DNA of 17,595 nt, from the IMG/VR virus record IMGVR_UViG_3300045988_025712, positions 1-17,595 of that record; one strand, written 5' to 3'. Below, in pieces: positions 13,342 to 17,595 of this stretch. The DNA is from a virus. The notes under the pieces are model-generated. The model had not been told where the DNA came from. It saw only the letters and a list, made by a program, of their open reading frames with translations, and did no database searches. A program made the translations under genes and the position numbers. The first letter of the stretch is position 1, and each line of letters starts with the position of its first letter.

Positions 13342-14556
13342 ATGGTAGACGTACAGGCATGGCTAGAACGAACCCAAAACCAATTTTGGGACATGGACGG
13401 CAGCTATGGCGCCCAATGCTGGGATTTATGGGCAAAATACTGCATGGATAATTACAATCTGTCATTAGGCGATTGCATCACCCCAACAGGATACGCGGAG
13501 GGCAATTACACTAGGTTCCCCACCACGTCCGCGGTGGGGCGCGTGTTTGAGAAAAAGGGCGCCGACTATACGCCCCGCATGGGCGACGTCGTGTTTTGGA
13601 CGTTCGGCAGTCAGATCTACACCGGCAGTCACGTGGCCATCGTATGGGGCGGTATCCAAGGGGATAGCATCGATGTTCTGACCCAGAACCCGACGCCCGC
13701 CGTGCATCAGGCCCTGCCGCTTATGAAAGGTTCGCAGCTACTCGGCTACTTGCATCCCACGGCACTGCCGGAACCACCGGAATCCGGGGATAATCCTACG
13801 GGTGGCAATAATCCGGGTGTGAACGTGGATGGCAATATCTCCGCGTGGATTCAATTGCAGGGCGATAACCTCATCTATCACAATGGCTCGGGCGCGACGT
13901 CATCGCAAGCCATTTTCTACAAGTCGAGCGCCCAAACGTGGATATATCGTGGCGGCAAAGGTCAGCCGGACGCCGATCAAGGGCAGGGTACGCCGAGCGT
14001 GGGCGACGGGGAAAGCTCGTACGCGCTTTACGTGATCGGTACCGTTGAATCATCATTGCGCTGGGATGCGGTCGAGTCCAACAATCAGGGCATCGGCATC
14101 GCACAATGGTCATTCGGCAGACGCTTGCAGGTGTTGAACGCGATGAAAGCGGTGGACGCCGCAGGGTATGAGGCGTTTGCCGCCGCCGCACCGGGCATCG
14201 CCGCGCTTATGAAATCGGGTGGCACGTTCGATAGGGCGATGACCGGCGGCGAGGTTGCCGCATTCCAGACGTGGGCGCGGCGTACGGAATCCCGGCAGGG
14301 GCAGCGGAATCAGTTCGCGGAGGATTACGAGGGATACCCGCAGAAGTATGATGATCCGAAAATGCAGATACTGTGGACGTGCGCCTATCATCAAAGCCCG
14401 GCAGGCGCGTTGAACGTACCCCATGCTTCATCGATTACCCAACTGTATGGCAATATCCTCGCCACGTCCCCGTTCCGGTCGTACGGGACGCGCTATAATA
14501 CCGCGTACAGCTTGCTTAACGTTTGGGACGGTTCGAGTGCGCCGCCGAACTTTTAG
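13342..14556 (+). CDS. Tail-associated peptidoglycan hydrolase (phi29 gp13 position): N-terminal CHAP domain, Pro/Gly linker, C-terminal lysozyme/transglycosylase-like domain
   Basis: The CHAP signature is the Cys in YGAQCWDLWAKY and the His in GSHVAIVWG. The C-terminal half has VESSLRWDAV...GIGIAQWS...CAYHQSP, which resembles the E-S / G-x-x-Q / A-Y pattern of lytic transglycosylase or phage tail lysozyme folds. There is no SD, so the mRNA may be leaderless. Confidence 0.8.
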   Translation: MVDVQAWLERTQNQFWDMDGSYGAQCWDLWAKYCMDNYNLSLGDCITPTGYAEGNYTRFPTTSAVGRVFEKKGADYTPRMGDVVFWTFGSQIYTGSHVAIVWGGIQGDSIDVLTQNPTPAVHQALPLMKGSQLLGYLHPTALPEPPESGDNPTGGNNPGVNVDGNISAWIQLQGDNLIYHNGSGATSSQAIFYKSSAQTWIYRGGKGQPDADQGQGTPSVGDGESSYALYVIGTVESSLRWDAVESNNQGIGIAQWSFGRRLQVLNAMKAVDAAGYEAFAAAAPGIAALMKSGGTFDRAMTGGEVAAFQTWARRTESRQGQRNQFAEDYEGYPQKYDDPKMQILWTCAYHQSPAGALNVPHASSITQLYGNILATSPFRSYGTRYNTAYSLLNVWDGSSAPPNF

Positions 14557-14560
14557 CATG

Positions 14561-14594
14561 ACGATGGACCGGTAGGTATCTACCGGTTCGTCGT
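14561..14594 (+). terminator. Hairpin (15-bp stem with two G-U pairs, loop GTAT) followed by TATTGT
   Basis: I paired it by hand: 14561-14575 with 14580-14594. It starts 5 nt after the stop codon of the hydrolase gene. Confidence 0.5.
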
Positions 14595-14617
14595 TATTGT
14601 ATGGTAGGGTAGGTATT

Positions 14618-15715
14618 ATGGAGAAGTTGTTGGGCGAGGATGATTACTATGATTATGGGCGCGTGTTATCCTATCACGCGCCTTGGATGTTCGTAATCGG
14701 CGCGCGCGGCCTCGGCAAGACGTATGGCGCTAAAAAACTGGTCATCGGAGACTGGATTAAAAAACGCTGGCAATTCATTTATCTACGCCGTACAGCGGAG
14801 GAACAGAAGAATAAGGGCACGTGGTTCGCGGACATCGCGGAACAATACCCGGATCTAGAGTTTAGAGTGTCCGGCAATCAGGCCGAGTGCCATTGGTTGG
14901 ACGATAGGGACGCCACCACAGACAAGCACGGTAAAACCCGCCCGACATGGCATATCATGGGGTACTTCATCGCCCTCAGTCAGGCTGGACAGGTGAAATC
15001 AGTCGCCTACCCAAGGGTGCGAACCGTAATTTTTGATGAGATTTTCCCCGATAATATGCGCTACCTTGGTGGCGAGGTTACGGCGCTTGAGGAATTCTAT
15101 AATACCATTGATAGGTGGAACGATCGCGTTAGGGTCATCATGTGCAGCAACGCTGTCACGTTGGCTAACCCGTATTTTAGCGCGTTTAATATCAATCTGA
15201 AACCGCAGCTTGACAATCACACGCAATACCAACGGTATTGCGACGGGTTTATTATGATAGAATTGGCTGATTACGGCGGGTTCAGCGCTAAGGTGGCCAC
15301 GTCAAGATTCGGCACGTTTTTACGGAAATATGATGAGAATTATGCGAACTATGCAATCAATAATGATTTTCGGGATCGCGCCAATACTCTCATTAGTGAT
15401 TTCAATAACGCCGGTTATGCGTTCACATTAAGAACCACGGAATACGGTATTTTCAATGTATATCAGCAATTGAGCGATACCGATGAAGTATTGTATGTCA
15501 TTACCAAAAAACAGCCTAAAATTACCCGTGATTTTACATTCGATTATCGACTGGTCGATAATGATTGCATCATGCTCAAACGTTCGGATGATATGACACA
15601 GAAAATATTAAACGCCTACCGCGTCGGACGTTTACGTTTTGAAACCCCTCAGATTAAAGCGGAATTTAGCATGATTCTTGGCGGCTTATTACAACAATCA
15701 GGCATAAGAAAGTGA
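14618..15715 (+). CDS. DNA encapsidation (packaging) ATPase, phi29 gp16-like, 365 aa
   Basis: Walker A is VIGARGLGKTYGAKK and Walker B is RTVIFDEIF. Size and context fit. ATG 14618 is preferred over the TTG at 14597 used by the track. Confidence 0.9.
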   Translation: MEKLLGEDDYYDYGRVLSYHAPWMFVIGARGLGKTYGAKKLVIGDWIKKRWQFIYLRRTAEEQKNKGTWFADIAEQYPDLEFRVSGNQAECHWLDDRDATTDKHGKTRPTWHIMGYFIALSQAGQVKSVAYPRVRTVIFDEIFPDNMRYLGGEVTALEEFYNTIDRWNDRVRVIMCSNAVTLANPYFSAFNINLKPQLDNHTQYQRYCDGFIMIELADYGGFSAKVATSRFGTFLRKYDENYANYAINNDFRDRANTLISDFNNAGYAFTLRTTEYGIFNVYQQLSDTDEVLYVITKKQPKITRDFTFDYRLVDNDCIMLKRSDDMTQKILNAYRVGRLRFETPQIKAEFSMILGGLLQQSGIRK

Positions 15716-15724
15716 GGAACATGC

Positions 15725-16090
15725 ATGCCAATACATGAATTAATCGTTATCGGTATCGTATTTTTATTGGTGCTGATTGACTATATTACCGGCGTAGTAA
15801 ATGCGATTATGCACGGCGAACTATCCAGCGAGAGAATGCGGGAGGGGCTCGGGCATAAATTCGCCTACTTTGCGGTAATTGGCGCGGCGTTGATTATAGA
15901 GTACGGCTCGGATTACATCAATCTCGGCATCGAACTGCCGGTGTTTATTCCGACTTGCGTAAGTATCTGCCTGATTGAGATTACCTCGATCATGGAGAAC
16001 TGTGTGAAAATCAATCCGGAATTAAGTAGCTCGAATATTCTCAACATTTTCAACATTGACAGAAAGGCAGACAATGAAGAACAGGATTAA
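15725..16090 (+). CDS. Holin, 121 aa, three predicted TM segments, Phage_holin_4_1-like (DYITGVVNAI...SSE....G..HK)
   Basis: The SD is GAGGA. It lies immediately upstream of the endolysin gene and overlaps it. Its hydrophobic profile fits a holin, and its acidic C-terminal tail (...RKADNEEQD) is hydrophilic. Confidence 0.8.
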   Translation: MPIHELIVIGIVFLLVLIDYITGVVNAIMHGELSSERMREGLGHKFAYFAVIGAALIIEYGSDYINLGIELPVFIPTCVSICLIEITSIMENCVKINPELSSSNILNIFNIDRKADNEEQD

Positions 16091-17129
16091 AGCAATTGCG
16101 TACAGCATGATCGCGGCAATCGCCGCACTACTATTGGCGTTCGTACCATACGCGAGCGCAGCGGACATGATTGACGTATCCAGTTGGCAAACCGGCATCA
16201 ACGTCACCACATCCGGCGCACAGATCGTGGTAGCCAAAGCGACCGAAGGCGTCAACTACACTAACCCCGATTGCGACCGCGTCGTACAGGACGCCTTGAA
16301 CGCAGGTCAGGGCGTCGGCGTCTACCACTTCGCACACACCGAAAACGACGCACGACGCGAAGCCCAACACTTCATCGACAATACGCGCGGATACATCGGA
16401 AAAAAAATAGTACCAATACTAGACTGGGAACCATCCGCCCCATGGAACACCAGTTGGGCGCTCACATGGCTCCAAACCGTAAAAGCAGCATGGGACACCA
16501 AGCCAATCATCTACATGAACCAATCCACGGAAAACGCTTACGACTGGTCGACGGTCGTCGCCGGAGATTATGGACTATGGATCGCCGCATACACGCTCGG
16601 ATACACACCAATATACGGATTCAATCCGCCATCGGCCCAGCCCACCCTCCACCATTGGCCATTCGCCGTCGCATGGCAGTACACGTCAACCGGCTATGTC
16701 GGCGACTGGAACGGCGCACTCGACCTAAGCGTAGTATACGGCGACCTCAACACATGGAACGCATACGCGAACAGCAGACAAGCAGCACCCACGCCCGCCC
16801 CGAAACCAACACCACAACCCAACAAGCCAGACACCACATGCAACACCAATTGCGTCATCATCCAATCAGGCCAATACGTTTCGATGTTCTGGTCCGACTG
16901 GTGGAACGTAACCGTTCCCAGCGGCAACCCATCCATCGTATACCCCGGAGACAAGATCTGCCACAACAACGGCAGCAACACCGCAACAACGTCACGCACA
17001 TACGTGGTGCAATCAGGCGACACACTCAGCGGCATCGCCTCTCGGCTCGGAGTCAACATGTACAATATCACAGGATATAGTTCAGGAAACATGAACCTCA
17101 TCTACCCCGGCGAAACCCTATACTACTAA
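16074..17129 (+). CDS. Endolysin: Sec-type signal peptide, GH25 muramidase, Pro/Thr linker, two LysM-like repeats
   Basis: ATG 16074 lies within track ORF 16056-17129, with AAAGG upstream. The signal peptide is MKNRIKAIAYSMIAAIAALLLAFVPYASA|AD. The GH25 blocks are DVSSWQ, VAKATEG.NY.NP, GVYHFA and LDWE. The C-terminal YVVQSGDTLSGIASRLGV...IYPGETL is a canonical LysM, preceded by a degenerate copy. Confidence 0.9.
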   Translation: MKNRIKAIAYSMIAAIAALLLAFVPYASAADMIDVSSWQTGINVTTSGAQIVVAKATEGVNYTNPDCDRVVQDALNAGQGVGVYHFAHTENDARREAQHFIDNTRGYIGKKIVPILDWEPSAPWNTSWALTWLQTVKAAWDTKPIIYMNQSTENAYDWSTVVAGDYGLWIAAYTLGYTPIYGFNPPSAQPTLHHWPFAVAWQYTSTGYVGDWNGALDLSVVYGDLNTWNAYANSRQAAPTPAPKPTPQPNKPDTTCNTNCVIIQSGQYVSMFWSDWWNVTVPSGNPSIVYPGDKICHNNGSNTATTSRTYVVQSGDTLSGIASRLGVNMYNITGYSSGNMNLIYPGETLYY

Positions 17130-17144
17130 CATCCCCACATAAAA

Positions 17145-17171
17145 GCCCTGCACATTGCAGGGCTTTTTTTT
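17145..17171. terminator. Rho-independent terminator, probably bidirectional: GCCCTGCA-CAT-TGCAGGGC flanked by AAAA (5') and T8 (3')
   Basis: The stem pairs 17145-17152 with 17156-17163, and the T-run is 17164-17171. It sits between the convergent endolysin gene and the - strand ORF. Confidence 0.85.
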
Positions 17172-17190
17172 CATATGCCAACCACCGACA

Positions 17191-17433
17191 TCAATCAAAA
17201 CAAAACACCCACGACAAGACCCCCCACAAGACAATCCCCCGAACAATCCTAACACAGTCATAATCGCAACCCAACAAACACCCGACAACCACAGCAAACA
17301 CCGACCCGAACAAGACAACACCACCACCAACCAAACCATCATCGAAGACAACCCCAACACACACGCCCTCGACAACAACCCTACAAGAAACGTCAAACCC
17401 AAACCAAACAACATAAACATCAATGCCAATCAT
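17191..17433 (-). CDS. Right-end inward-facing hypothetical protein, 80 aa, Val/Gly/Cys-rich; apparent diverged paralog of the left-end gene 164-520
   Basis: This is the internal ATG (17433) of track ORF 17191-17592. GGAGGGGG (17447-17440 on the - strand) places GGAGG 9 nt upstream. The stop lies just before the shared terminator. The ATG lies 43 nt inside the ITR boundary, against 44 nt on the left. The sequence is strongly compositionally biased, so coding is not certain. Confidence 0.45.
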   Translation of the reverse strand: MIGIDVYVVWFGFDVSCRVVVEGVCVGVVFDDGLVGGGVVLFGSVFAVVVGCLLGCDYDCVRIVRGIVLWGVLSWVFCFD

Positions 17434-17476
17434 TTCCATCCCCCTCCATTGAAAACGGATAACTACAGTACAACAA

Positions 17477-17595
17477 CACACCACAAAAAACAACACACCC
17501 ACCAACCACAAAAAAACCAAGAACAAAACAAAACAAAGAAACAAGCACACAAAGAACAGAAACAAAAAACACAGACAACAACAACAATACAAAAA
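17477..17595. repeat. Right inverted terminal repeat, 119 bp
   Basis: It is the reverse complement of 1-119 with no mismatch by hand comparison. Confidence 0.97.

Noticed and set aside
2728-14612. Mini-ORFs of 3-10 codons starting at the ATG embedded in the TATnATGG motifs (for example ATG GGA GGG TAG at 7533, ATG GCG ATA TGA at 9943 and ATG GTA GGG TAG at 14601)
   Set aside because: They are most simply a by-product of the conserved ATGG...GGTAG sequence, since TAG lies within GGTAG. They have no SD. I cannot exclude a role in termination-reinitiation, but nothing in the sequence requires it.
16271-17080. 269-aa + strand ORF in an alternative frame of the endolysin gene
   Set aside because: Its Arg/His/Thr/Pro-rich translation results from the extreme A+C bias of this arm. 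The overlapping frame carries complete GH25 and LysM signatures.
17118-17429. 103-aa - strand ORF (TTG start) at the right end, hydrophobic
   Set aside because: It reads straight through the terminator hairpin and into the endolysin 3' end. It starts at a TTG poorly spaced from the SD. The other frame (17191-17433) has an ATG at ideal SD spacing, stops before the terminator and resembles the left-end gene. It remains a possible alternative.
17434-17592. N-terminal 53 codons of track ORF 17191-17592, which extend into the ITR
   Set aside because: The Cys/Phe/Leu-only translation is an artefact of the G/T-only repeat. A start inside the ITR would leave no promoter space. The equivalent left-end sequence is non-coding.
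1-17595. Search for CRISPR arrays, integrase or recombinase genes, repressor/Cro pairs, toxin-antitoxin pairs and IS elements
   Set aside because: I found no spaced direct repeats and no ORF with recombinase, HTH-repressor or transposase motifs. All space is accounted for by the phage modules described above.

Overview
The window appears to be one complete ~17.6-kb linear phage genome of the phi29-like, protein-primed class. Perfect 119-bp inverted terminal repeats (1-119 and 17477-17595) start and end exactly at the window edges. Both 5' ends read TTTTT. Behind the left ITR, on the + strand, sits a tightly packed early module of small unknown ORFs. It is followed by a basic terminal-protein candidate and a phi29-type family-B DNA polymerase. 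A late module colinear with phi29 genes 7-16 comes next: acidic scaffold, major capsid protein with C-terminal Ig-like domain, tail knob, portal/connector, lower collar, and an appendage carrying an SGNH esterase. It continues with a tail-associated CHAP plus lysozyme-like hydrolase, a gp16-like packaging ATPase, a holin, and a signal-peptide GH25-LysM endolysin. One short - strand ORF reads inward from the right ITR and looks like a diverged paralog of the first left-end gene. I saw no integrase, repressor, tRNA or CRISPR array, so the phage is probably strictly lytic on a Gram-positive host; the host cannot be named from sequence alone.

The points most worth follow-up are:
- The nearly pure G/T ITR and the mirror-image keto skew of both arms.
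- A polymerase whose exonuclease motifs look degenerate.
- A 187-nt ORF-free structured region (5245-5431) behind a perfect extended -10, which is a packaging-RNA (pRNA) or ncRNA candidate.
- A recurrent TGnTATnAT...GGTAG intergenic motif, with two apparently leaderless genes.
- A greatly expanded low-complexity insert in the tail knob.
- Compositional mosaicism in the ATPase-holin region.

All homology statements come from reading the translated ORFs against remembered family motifs, not from database searches.
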